From NCBI GenBank assembly GCA_964016885.1, contig OZ024743.1, positions 144,336,001 through 144,400,000 on the forward strand: DNA of 64,000 nucleotides, given 5' to 3'. Below, one piece after another: positions 39,801 through 53,900 of the stretch. Both the position numbers and the translations under genes were made by a program. Origin of the DNA: Eledone cirrhosa (lineage: Eukaryota). The notes under the pieces were generated by a model, which had not been told where the DNA came from, did no database searches, and saw nothing but the letters and a program-made list of their open reading frames with translations. The stretch's first letter is position 1. Every line of letters begins with the position of its first letter.

Positions 39801-42800
39801 CACACTACAGTATAAATGGACTGGTAGACCTCACACTACAGTATAAATGGACTGGTAGACCTCACACTACAGTATAAATGGACTGGTAGACCTCACACTA
39901 CAGTATAAATGGACTGGTAGACCTGACACTACAGTATAAATGGCCTGGTAGACCTGACACTACAGTATAAATGGCCTGGTAGACCTCACACTACAGTATA
40001 AATGGACTGGTACACCGGACACTCCAGTATAAATGGACTGGTAGACCTGACACTACAGTATAAATGGACTGGTAGACCGGACACTACAGTATAAATGGCC
40101 TGGTAGACCTCAAACTACAGTATAAATGGACTGGTAGACCTCACACTACAGTATAAATGGAGTGGTAGACCTGACACTCCAGTATAAATGGACTGGTAGA
40201 CCTGACACTACAGTATAAATGGACTGGTAGACCTCACACTACAGTATAAATGGACTGGTAGACCTCACACTACAGTATAAATGGACTGGTAGACCTCACA
40301 CTACAGTATAAATGGACTGGTACACCGGACACTCCAGTATAAATGGACTGGTAGACCTCACACTACAGTATAAATGGACTGGTAGACCTCACACTACAGT
40401 ATAAATGGAATGGTAGACCTCACACTACAGTATAAATGGACTGGTAGTCCTCACACTACAGTATAAATGGACTGGTAGACCTCACACTACAGTATAAATG
40501 GACTGGTAGACCTCACACTACAGTATAAATGGACTGGTAGACCTCACACTACAGTATAAATGGACTGGTAGACCTCACACTACAGTATAAATGGACTGGT
40601 AGACCTCACACTACAGTATAAATGGACTGGTAGTCCTCACACTACAGTATAAATGGACTGGTAGACCTCACACTACAGTATAAATGGACTGGTAGACCTC
40701 ACACTACAGTATAAATGGACTGGTAGACCTCACAATACAGTATAAATGGACTGGTAGACCTCACACTACAGTATAAATGGACTGGTACACCGGACACTCC
40801 AGTATAAATGGACTGGTAGACCTCACACTACAGTATAAATGGACTGGTAGACCTCACACTACAGTATAAATGGCCTGGTAGACCTCACACTACAATATAA
40901 ATGGCCTGGTAGACCTCACACTACAGTATAAATGGATTGGTAGACCTCACACTACAGTATAAATGGACTGGTACACCGGACACTCCAGTATAAATGGAAT
41001 GGTAGACCTCACACTACAGTATAAATGGACTGGTAGACCTCACACTACAGTATAAATGGACTGGTACACCGGACACTCCAGTATAAATGGACTGGTAGAC
41101 CTCACACTACAGTATAAATGGACTGGTAGACCTCACACTACAGTATAAATGGCCTGGTAGACCTCACACTACAATATAAATGGCCTGGTAGACCTCACAC
41201 TACAGTATAAATGGATTGGTAGACCTCACACTACAGTATAAATGGACTGGTACACCGGACACTCCAGTATAAATGGAATGGTAGACCTCACACTACAGTA
41301 TAAATGGACTGGTAGACCTCACACTACAGTATAAATGGCCTGGTAGACCTCACACTACAGTATAAATGGACTGGTAGACCTCACACTACAGTATAAATGG
41401 ACTGGTAGACCTCACACTACAGTATAAATGGCCTGGTAGACCTCATACTAAAGTATAAATGGACTGGTAGTCCTCACACTACAGTATAAATGGCCTGGTA
41501 GACCTCACACTACAGTATAAATGGACTGGTAGTCCTCACACTACAGTATAAATGGACTGGTAGTCCTCACACTACAGTATAAATGGCCTGGTAGACCTCA
41601 CACTACAGTATAAATGGACTGGTAGACCTCACACTACAGTATAAATGGAGTGGTAGACTTCACACTACAGTATAAATGGCCTGGTAGACCTCACACTACA
41701 GTATAAATGGACTAGTAGACCTCACACTACAGTATAAATGGACTGGTACACCGGACACTACAGTATAAATGGACTGGTAGACCTCACACTACAGTATAAA
41801 TGGCCTGGTAGACCTCACACTACAGTATAAATGGACTGGTACACCGGACACTCCAGTATAAATGGACTGGTAGACCTGACACTACAGTATAAATGGACTG
41901 GTAGACCGGACACTACAGTATAAATGGACTGGTAGACCTCACACTACAGTATAAATGGACTGGTAGACCTCACACTACAGTATAAGTGGACTGGTAGACC
42001 TCACACTACAGTATAAATGGACTGGTAGACCTCACACTACAGTATAAATGGACTGGTAGACCTCACACTACAGTATAAATGGCCTGGTAGACCTCACACT
42101 ACAGTATAAATGGACTGGTAGACCTCACACTACAGTATAAATGGACTGGTAGACCTGACACTACAGTATAAATGGACTGGTAGACCTGACACTACAGTAT
42201 AAATGGACAGGTAGTCCTCACACTACAGTATAAATGGACTGGTAGACCTCACACTACAGTATAAATGGACTGGTAGACCTGACACTACAGTATAAATGGC
42301 CTGGTAGATCTCAAACTACAGTATAAATGGACTGGTAGACCTCACACTACAGTATAAATGGAGTGGTAGACCTGACACTACAGTATAAATGGACTGGTAA
42401 TCCTCACACTACAGTATAAATGGACTGGTAGACCTCACACTACAGTATAAATGGACTGGTAGACCTCACACTACAGAATAAATGGACTGGTAGACCTCAC
42501 ACTACAGTATAAATGGACTGGTAGACCTGACACTACAGTATAAATGGCCTGGTAGACCTCACACTACAGTATAAATGGACTGGTACACCGGACACTCCAG
42601 TATAAATGGACTGGTAGACCTGACACTACAGTATAAATGGACTGGTAGACCGGACACTACAGTATAAGTGGCCTGGTAGACCTCAAACTACAGTATAAAT
42701 GGACTGGTAGACCTCACACTACAGTATAAATGGCATGGTAGACCTCACACTACAGTATAAATGGCCTGGTAGACCGGACACTACAGTATAAATGGACTGG

Positions 42801-45268
42801 TAGACCTCACACTACAGTATAAATGGACTGGTACACCGGACACTCCAGTATAAATGGACTGGTAGACCTCACACTACAGTATAAATGGACTGGTAGACCT
42901 CACACTACAGTATAAATGGCCTGGTAATCCTCACACTACAGTATAAATGGCCTGGTAGACCTCACACTACAGTATAAATGGACTGGTAGACCTGACACTA
43001 CAGTATAAATGGACTGGTAGTCCTCACACTACAGTATAAATGGACTGGTAGACCTCACACTACAGTATAAATGGACTGGTAGACCTGACACTACAGTATA
43101 AATGGACTGGTAGTCCTCACACTACAGAATAAATGGACTGGTAGACCTCACACTACAGTATAAATGGACTGGTAGACCTCACACTACAGTATAAATGGCC
43201 TGGTAGACCTCAAACTACAGTATAAATGGACTGGTAGAGGTCACACTACAGTATAAATGACCTGGTAGACCTCAAACTACAGTATAAATGGACTGGTAGT
43301 CCTCACACTACAGTGTAAATGGCCTGGTAGACCGGACACTACAGTATAAATGGACTGGTAGACCTCACACTACAGTATAAATGGACTGGTAGACCTCACA
43401 CTACAGTATAAATGGACTGGTAGACCTCACACTACAGTATAAATGGACTGGTAGTCCTCACACTACAGTATAAATGGCCTGGTAGACCTCAAACTACAGT
43501 ATAAATGGACTGGTAGACCTCACACTACAGTATAAATGACCTGGTAGACCTCAAACTACAGTATAAATGGACTGGTAGACCTCACACTACAGTATAAATG
43601 GCCTGGTAGACCTCACAGTACAGTATAAATGGCCTGGTAGACCTCACACTACAGTATAAATGGCCTGGTAGACCTCACAGTACAGTATAAATGGCCTGGT
43701 AGACCTCACACTACAGTATAAATGGCCTGGTAGACCTCACACTACAGTATAAATGGCCTGGTAGACCTCACACTACAGTATAAATGGCCTGGTAGACCTG
43801 ACACTACAGTATAAATGGCCTGGTAGACCGGACACTACAGTATAAATGGTCTGTAATACCTCACACTACAGTATAAATGGACTAGTAGACCTGACACTAC
43901 AGTATAAATGGCCTGGTAGACCGGACACTACAGTATAAATGGTCTGGTAGACCTCACACTACAGTATAAATGGATGGTAGACCTGACACTACAGTATAAA
44001 TGGACTGGTAGACCGGACACTACAGTATAAATGGACTGGTAGACCTCACACTACAGTATAAATGGACTGGTAGACCTCACACTACAGTATAAATGGACTG
44101 GTAGACCTCACACTACAGTATAAATGGCCTGGTAGACCCCACACTGCAGTACAAATGGCATGGTAGACCTCACACTACAGTGTAAATGGCATGGTAGACC
44201 TCACACTACAGTACAAATGGCATGGTAGACCGGACACTACAGTATAAATGGACTGGTAGTCCTCACACTACAGTATAAATGGACTGGTAGACCTCACACT
44301 ACAGTATAAATGGACTGGTAGACCTGACACTACAGTATAAATGGCCTGGTAGACCGGACACTACAGTATAAATGACCTGGTAGACCTCACAGTACAGTAT
44401 AAATGGCCTGGTAGACCTGACACTACAGTATAAATGGTCTGGTAGACCTCACACTACAGTATAAATGGACTGGTAGACCTCACACTACAGTATAAATGGA
44501 CTGGTACACCGGACACTCCAGTATAAATGGACTGGTAGACCTCACACTACAGTATAAATGGACTGGTAGACCTCACACTACAGTATAAATGGACTGGTAG
44601 ACCTCACACTACAGTATAAATGGACTGGTACACCGGACACTCCAGTATAAATGGACTGGTAGACCTCACACTACAGTATAAATGGACTGGTACACCAGAC
44701 ACTCCAGTATAAATGGACTGGTAGACCTCACACTACAGTATAAATGGACTGGTAGACCTCACACTACAGTATAAATGGACTGGTAGACCTCACACTACAG
44801 TATAAATGGACTGGTACACCGGACACTCCAGTATAAATGGACTGGTAGACCTCACACTACAGTATAAATGGCCTGGTAGACCTCACACTACAATATAAAT
44901 GGCCTGTTAGACCTCACACTACAGTATAAATGGATTGGTAGACCTCACACTACAGTATAAATGGACTGGTACACCGGACACTCCAGTATAAATGGACTGG
45001 TAGACCTCACACTACAGTATAAATGGATTGGTAGACCTCACACTACAGTATAAATGGACTGGTAGACCTCACACTACAGTATAAATGGCCTGGTAGACCT
45101 CACACTACAGTATAAATGGACTGGTAGACCTCACACTACAGTATAAATGGACTGGTAGACCTCACACTACAGTATAAATGGCCTGGTAGACCTCACACTA
45201 AAGTATAAATGGACTGGTAGTCCTCACACTACAGTATAAATGGCCTGGTAGACCTCACACTACAGTAT

Positions 45269-47949
45269 TGTAGTGACCTACATTCCGCGGGCTCACATAC
45301 ATTCTCTGTGCGTAATTTGGCTCAGTTCAGCCAATCAGCGCCAGTAGAAGGGGATGTATCCCTACGCGCCCTGAGGAAGAAATTCACCGCGAAGATTTGA
45401 AGAATCTCGCTCTTGTACCGGAAACTTCAAACCAGCAACACGCATAATGTAACAGTGAGATATTGCACCCCTAGCCTCGCCGGCTTAACGGCGCAATGGC
45501 ACATTCCCTAATGTAACCTCTTTTTATCTGTAACTTCAACCATATAAATAAACAAACATTGCATCTCTAACTACTGCGGTTGAAGTCGTTATTATGTTTC
45601 TCTTGTCTCAATGACATCTTTAATCCATGCTGCTGGAATTGGCGCCCTGACGAAAGGAATATTGTAAATAGATGGTAAATAGATCGAGGGACCTTCCCTC
45701 ACGTCTATGTCAACAAGATAATCCAACGAGGATACTATCACTTACCACACTGGCAACTAACGACCACTGATTCTGCCACCCTGCTAATGTGGCGATAACA
45801 TCTACAACCAATACTGCTAAAGTGGTGACCGACGTAAGAAGATCACGCAGCCCTTCTTATTCATTTAGTTTAACTTTTATTGTCACGTCGCAACTTGCGA
45901 AAATCCAGAATATTCCTTAAGATTTTTGAAAAATTAGCAGTATTTCAAAAACTTTTTCGCCACGAAAAAATTTCAAGATGGCTACCGACATGTCATGGCT
46001 ATGCTTGACAACAACAATGACAGCAGCAGCGACAGCGTTGTTTAACCACTGACCAATACAGGGAACAGTGAGTGGCAGCTTCATAACCTTACCAACGCCA
46101 ACCACCACACATCGGAAATTTCAAAACGGCTTGTAACTTTACTGACGCAACCACCATACCTTCTGTCTCGTTACCACAGGGACGCGAGAAATTGAGACAG
46201 TAGTTTTCTCACCATTATGGCGTCAGACGTGACTGCCATATTTGGTGACTCCTACTCTACAGAAGATTCTTTGACTTTGCTTTAACAATAAGCAACACAA
46301 CCGTGTGGCGGGACGGGAAAATGACCACGAAATCTCACAAAAACACCATACATCTAACCCATAACGGCATTAACAAACTTCTTTTTCAGTTTTCAGATAG
46401 AACTAGTGTCTGTACACTGGTGATGTGTGAACTATTTGACTTTGAAAAACTTTGAACTTATTGAGCAATTTCTCTGCTCCCCTAGATTGACTTTGAATTA
46501 TCAGTTTGTTACATTCACATATTTCTTTGTAGAATGCATTTACTTGTTTTGTGCTCTTTTGCTATTTGCTTGCTCATGGTTTTTGTTCATTCACATTCTT
46601 TGCTGTTTTACATGCCTGCATATGCACACATTTTTTTTATCACACACCAACATGTTGTTCTTGGTATATGTTCTTCAAACGTAATATTCTGCGAGTCCCT
46701 TTTCACCTGGTTGAGATGCTGGCAGCTCACAGAGCTTAATCCACTGGATTCAAACAGTCACCGCAACACGAGAATACTAATTGCCGCTGAACTCAAACAG
46801 CTTCGCATCTCGTTGCACACTGATCGTCCATGACGGCCATCCGTCTTGTTGTTTTTGCCCGACTCGCTGGGAAAGCAACAAATTGAACTGGACTTGTTAG
46901 CATTTCGGCCACTTCTGTGGATTCGCCCAAATTATGGAATTTACACTGCAACCCACCTACAAATTAAACTTGCCTTTTGTTCTTTACAAAGCAACCAGCC
47001 ATTTTTTCCTGGCTCCACAGCACATTCGACAATACATCTGGGGGCCATCATTTTCTCGCCAGCACTGGTAAACTACCATAATAGCTTCGTTCACAGCTAC
47101 TGGTACAACGCTCACCATTAACATTTAATGCAAGAACAGCAACTTCGCCCATGCCAGACTTTATCCGTTTTTTGTTAGACCTTTGGCGGTCACGTATAAA
47201 CAACAAAACAACTGGTCATTTGACACAGCGGCTCAACACGGCCCGTAGCGCCTCATTTTTTGTTCTTGCGTGCAACCTTCTGCTCAATTATTTTTTTCAC
47301 TGATGTGCTCTTTCAGCATTTGTTCTTGCTGATTTAATATGTGAGTCCTTGGTTTCTTCGTTATCGATTTTCGGCTGAAAATCTGGTTGGAGGTGATGTA
47401 GTGACCTACATTCCGCGGGCTCACATACATTCTCTGTGCGTAATTTGGCTCAGTTCAGCCAATCAGCGCCAGTAGAAGGGGATGTATCCCTACGCGCCCT
47501 GAGGAAGAAATTCACCGCGAAGATTTGAAGAATCTCGCTCTTGTACCGGAAAATTCAAACCAGCAACACGCATAATGTAACAGTGAGATATTGCACCCCT
47601 AGCCTCGCCGGCTTAATGGCGCAATGGCACATTCCCTAATGTAACCTCTTTTTATCTGTAACTTCAACCATATAAATAAACAAACATTGCATCTCTAATT
47701 ACTGCGGTTGAAGTCGTTATTATGTTTCTCTTGTCTCAATGACATCTTTAATCCATGCTGCTGGAATTGGCGCCCTGACGAAAGGAATATTGTAAATAGA
47801 TGGTAAATAGATCGAGGGACCTTCCCTCACGTCTATGTCAACAAGATAATCCAACGAGGATACTATCACTTACCACACTGGCAACTAACGACCACTGATT
47901 CAGCCACCCTGCTAATGTGGCGATAACATCTACAACCAATACTGCTAAA
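45269..47949 (+). mobile_element. Non-autonomous LTR retroelement, copy 2
   Basis: LTRs at 45269-45821 and 47397-47949. Same length, TSD and flanking monomer variants as copy 1, with ~6 substitutions seen. Confidence 0.93.
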
Positions 47950-50900
47950 GTATAAATGGACTGGTAGTCCTCACACTCCAGTATAAATGGCCTGGTAGAC
48001 CTCACACTACAGTATAAATGGACTGGTAGACCTCACACTACAGTTTAAATGGACTGGTAGTCCTCACACTACAGTATAAATGGCCTGGTAGACCTCACAC
48101 TACAGTATAAATGGACTGGTAGTCCTCAAACTACAGTATAAATGGACTGGTAGTCCTCACACTACAGTATAAATGGCCTGGTAGACCTCACACTACAGTA
48201 TAAATGGACTGGTAGACCTCACACTACAGTATAAATGGAGTGGTAGACCTCACACTACAGTATAAATGGCCTGGTAGACCTGACACTACAGTATAAATGG
48301 TCTGGTAGACCTCAAACTACAGTATAAATGGACTGGTAGACCTCACACTACAGTATAAATGACCTGGTAGACCTCAAACTACAGTATAAATGGACTGGTA
48401 GTCCTCACACTACAGTATAAATGGACTGGTAGACCTCACACTACAGTATAAATGGCCTGGTAGACCTCACAGTACAGTATAAATGGCCTGGTAGACCGGA
48501 CACTACAGTATAAATGGTCTGCTAGATCTCACAGTACAGTATAAATGGCCTGGTAGACCTGACACTACAGTATAAATGGCCTGGTAGACCGGACACTACA
48601 GTATAAATGGTCTGCTAGACCTCACACTACAGTATAAATGGCCTGGTAGACCTGACACTACAGTATAAATGGTCTGGTAGACCGGACACTACAGTATAAA
48701 TGGTCTGCTAGACCTCACACTACAGTATAAATGGCCTAGTAGACCTCACACTACAGTATAAATGGCCTGGTAGACCTCACACTACAGTATAAATGGCCTG
48801 GTAGACCTCACACTACAGTATAAATGGCCTAGTAGACCTCACACTACAGTATAAATGGCCTGGTAGACCTCACACTACAGTATAAATGGCCTGGTAGACC
48901 TGACACTACAGTATAAATGGCCTGGTAGACCGGACACTACAGTATAAATGGTCTGCTAGACCTCACACTACAGTATAAATGGACTGGTAGACCTGACACT
49001 ACAGTATAAATGGCCTGGTAGACCGGACACTACAGTATAAATGGTCTGGTAGACCTCACAATACAGTATAAATGGACTGGTAGACCTGACACTACAGTAT
49101 AAATGGCCTGGTAGACCGGACACTACAGTATAAATGGACTGGTAGTCCTCACACTACAGTATAAATGGACTGGTAGACCTGACACTACAGTATAAATGGC
49201 CTGGTAGACCGGACACTACAATATAAATGACCTGGTAGACCTGACACTACAGTATAAATGGCCTGGTAGACCTGACACTACAGTATAAATGGTCTGGTAG
49301 ACCTCACACTACAGTATAAATGGACTTGTAGACCTCACACTACAGTATAAATGGACTGGTAGTCCTCACACTACAGTATAAATGGACTGGTAGTCCTCAC
49401 ACTACAGTATAAATGGCCTGGTAGACCGGACACTACAGTATAAATGACCTGGTAGACCTCACACTACAGTATAAATGGACTGGTAGACCTCATACTACAG
49501 TATAAATGGACTGGTAGACCTCACACTACAGTATAAATGGACTGGTACACCGGACACTCCAGTATAAATGGACTGGTAGACCTCACACTACAGTATAAAT
49601 GGACTGGTAGACCTCACACTACAGTATAAATGGCCTGGTAGACCTCACACTACAGTATAAATGGACTGGTAGACCTCACACTACAGTATAAATGGACTGG
49701 TACACCGGACACTCCAGTATAAATGGACTGGTAGACCTCACACTACAGTATAAATGGACTGGTAGACCTCACACTACAGTATAAATGGCCTGGTAGACCT
49801 CACACTACAATATAAATGGCCTGGTAGACATCACACTACAGTATAAATGGCCTGGTAGACCTCACACTACAGTATAAATGGACTGGTAGACCTCACACTA
49901 CAGTATAAATGGACTGGTAGACCTCACACTACAGTATAAATGGCCTGGTAGACCTCACAATAAAGTATAAATGGACTGGTAGTCCTCACACTACATTATA
50001 AATGGCCTGGTAGACCTCACACTACAGTATAAATGGACTGGTAGTCCTCACACTACAGTATAAATGGCCTGGTAGACCTCACACTACAGTATAAATGAAA
50101 TGGTAGACCTCACACTACAGTATAAATGGACTGGTAGTCCTCACACTACAGTATAAATGGACTGGTAGACCTCACACTACAGTATAAATGGACTGGTAGA
50201 CCTCACACTACAGTATAAATGGACTGGTAGTCCTCACACTACAGTATAAATGGCCTGGTAGACCTCACACTACAGTATAAATGGACAGGTAGACCTCACA
50301 CTACAGTATAAATGGAGTGGTAGACCTCACACTACAGTATAAATGGCCTGGTAGACCTCACACTACAATATAAATGGACTGGTAGACCTCACACTACAGT
50401 ATAAATGGACTGGTAGACCTCACACTACAGTATAAATGGACTGGTACACCGGACACTCCAGTATAAATGGACTGGTAGACCTCACACTACAGTATAAATG
50501 GCCTGGTAGACATCACACTACAGTATAAATGGACGGGTAGACCTGACACTACAGTATAAATGGACAGGTAGTCCTCACACTACAGTATAAATGGACTGGT
50601 AGACCTCACACTACAGTATAAATGGACTGGTAGACCTCACACTACAGTATAAATGGACTGGTAGACCTCACACTACAGTATAAATGGACTGGTAGACCTG
50701 ACACTACAGTATAAATGGCCTGGTAGACCTCAAACTACAGTATAAATGGACTGGTAGACCTCACACTACAGTATAAATGGAGTGGTAGACCTGACACTAC
50801 AGTATAAATGGACTGGTAGTCCTCACACTACAGTATAAATGGACTGGTAGACCTCACACTACAGTATAAATGGACTGGTAGACCTCACACTACAGTATAA

Positions 50901-53900
50901 ATGGACTGGTAGACCTGACACTACAGTATAAATGGCCTGGTAGACCTGACACTACAGTATAAATGGCCTGGTAGACCTCACTCTACAATATAAATGGCCT
51001 GGTAGACCTCACACTACAGTATAAATGGCCTGGTAGACCTCACACTACAGTATAAATGGACTGGTAGACCTCACACTACAGTATAAATGGACTGGTAGAC
51101 CTCACACTACAGTATAAATGGACTGGTAGTCCTCACACTACAGTATAAATGGCCTGGTAGACCTCACACTACAGTATAAATGGACAGGTAGACCTCACAC
51201 TACAGTATAAATGGAGTGGTAGACCTCACACTACAGTATAAATGGCCTGGTAGACCTCACACTACAGTATAAATGGACTGGTAGACCTCACACTACAGTA
51301 TAAATGGACTGGTAGACCTCACACTACAGTATAAATGGACTGGTACACCGGACACTCCAGTATAAATGGACTGGTAGACCTCACACTACAGTATAAATGG
51401 CCTGGTAGATATCACACTACAGTTTAAATGGACGGGTAGACCTGACACTACAGTATAAATGGACAGGTAGTCCTCACACTACAGTATAAATGGACTGGTA
51501 GACCTCACACTACAGTATAAATGGACTGGTAGACCTCACACTACAGTATAAATGGACTGGTAGACCTCACACTACAGTATAAATGGACTGGTAGACCTGA
51601 CACTACAGTATAAATGGCCTTGTAGACCTCAAACTACAGTATAAATGGACTGGTAGACCTCACACTACAGTATAAATGGAGTGGTAGACCTGACACTACA
51701 GTATAAATGGACTGGTAGTCCTCACACTACAGTATAAATGGACTGGTAGACCTCACACTACAGTATAAATGGACTGGTAGACCTCACACTACAGTATAAA
51801 TGGACTGGTAGACCTGACACTACAGTATAAATGGCCTGGTAGACCTGACACTACAGTATAAATGGCCTGGTAGACCTCACACTACAGTATAAATGGACTG
51901 GTACACCGGACACTCCAGTATAAATGGACTGGTAGACCTGACACTACAGTATAAATGGACTGGTAGACCGGACACTACAGTATAAATGGCCTGGTAGACC
52001 TCAAACTACAGTATAAATGGACTGGTAGACCTAACACTACAGTATAAATGGAGTGGTAGACCTGACACTCCAGTATAAATGGACTGGTAGACCTGACGCT
52101 ACAGTATAAATGGACTGGTAGACCTCACACTACAGTATAAATGGACTGGTAGACCTCACACTACAGTATAAATGGACTGGTAGACCTGACACTACAGTAT
52201 AAATGGACTGGTACACCGGACACTCCAGTATAAATGGACTGGTAGACCTCACACTACAGTATAAATGGACTGGTAGACCTCACACTACAGTATAAATGGA
52301 CTGGTAGACCTCACACTACAGTATAAATGGACTGGTACACCGGACACTCCAGTATAAATGGACTGGTAGACCTCACACTACAGTATAAATGGACTGGTAG
52401 ACCACACACTACAGTATAAATGGACTGGTAGACCTCACACTACAGTATAAATGGACTGGTAGACCTCACACTACAGTATAAATGGACTGGTAGACCTGAC
52501 ACTACAGTATAAATGGCCCGGTAGACCTGACACTACAGTATAAATGGCCTGGTAGACCTCACACTACAGTATAAATGGACTGGTACACCGGACACTCCAG
52601 TATAAATGGACTGGTAGACCTGACACTACAGTATAAATGGCCTGGTAGACCTGACACTACAGTATAAATGGCCTGGTAGACCTCACACTACAGTATAAAT
52701 GAAATGGTAGACCTCACACTACAGTATAAATGGACTGGTAGTCCTCACACTACAGTATAAATGGACTGGTCGACCTCACACTACAGTATAAATGGACTGG
52801 TAGACCTCACACTACAGTATAAATGGACTGGTAGTCCTCACACTACAGTATAAATGGCCTGGTAGACCTCACACTACAGTATAAATGGACAGGTAGACCT
52901 CAAACTACAGTATAAATGGAGTGGTAGACCTCACACTACAGTATAAATGGCCTGTTAGACCTCACACTACAGTATAAATGGACTGGTAGACCTCACACTA
53001 CAGTATAAATGGACTGGTAGACCTCACACTACAGTATAAATGGACTGGTACACCGGACACTCCAGTATAAATGGACTGGTAGACCTCACACTACAGTATA
53101 AATGGCCTGGTAGACCTCAAACTACAGTATAAATGGACTGGTAGACCTCACACTACAGTATAAATGGACAGGTAGACCTCACACTACAGTATAAATGGAC
53201 TGGTAGACCTCACACTACAGTACAAATGGCCTGGTAGACCTCACAATAAAGTATAAATGGACTGGTAGTCCTCACACTACAGTATAAATGGCCTGGTAGA
53301 CCTCACACTACAGTATAAATGGACTGGTAGTCCTCACACTACAGTATAAATGAAATGGTAGACCTCACACTACAGTATAAATGGACTGGTAGTCCTCACA
53401 CTACAGTATAAATGGACTGGTAGACCTCACACTACAGTATAAATGGACTGGTAGACCTCACACTACAGTATAAATGGACTGGTAGTCCTCACACTACAGT
53501 ATAAATGGCCTGGTAGACCTCACACTACAGTATAAATGGACAGGTAGACCTCACACTACAGTATAAATGGAGTGGTAGACCTCACACTACAGTATAAATG
53601 GCCTGGTAGACCTCACACTACAATATAAATGGACTGGTAGACCTCACACTACAGTATAAATGGACTGGTAGACCTCACACTACAGTATAAATGGACTGGT
53701 ACACCGGACACTCCAGTATAAATGGACTGGTAGACCTCACACTACAGTATAAATGGCCTGGTAGACATCACACTACAGTATAAATGGACGGGTAGACCTG
53801 ACACTACAGTATAAATGGACAGGTAGTCCTCACACTACAGTATAAATGGACTGGTAGACCTCACACTACAGTATAAATGGACTGGTAGACCTCACACTAC

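Noticed and set aside
45269-47949. Second independent targeted insertion of the LTR element
   Set aside because: Identical rare flanking variants and shared 5'/3' LTR differences indicate duplication of one insertion.
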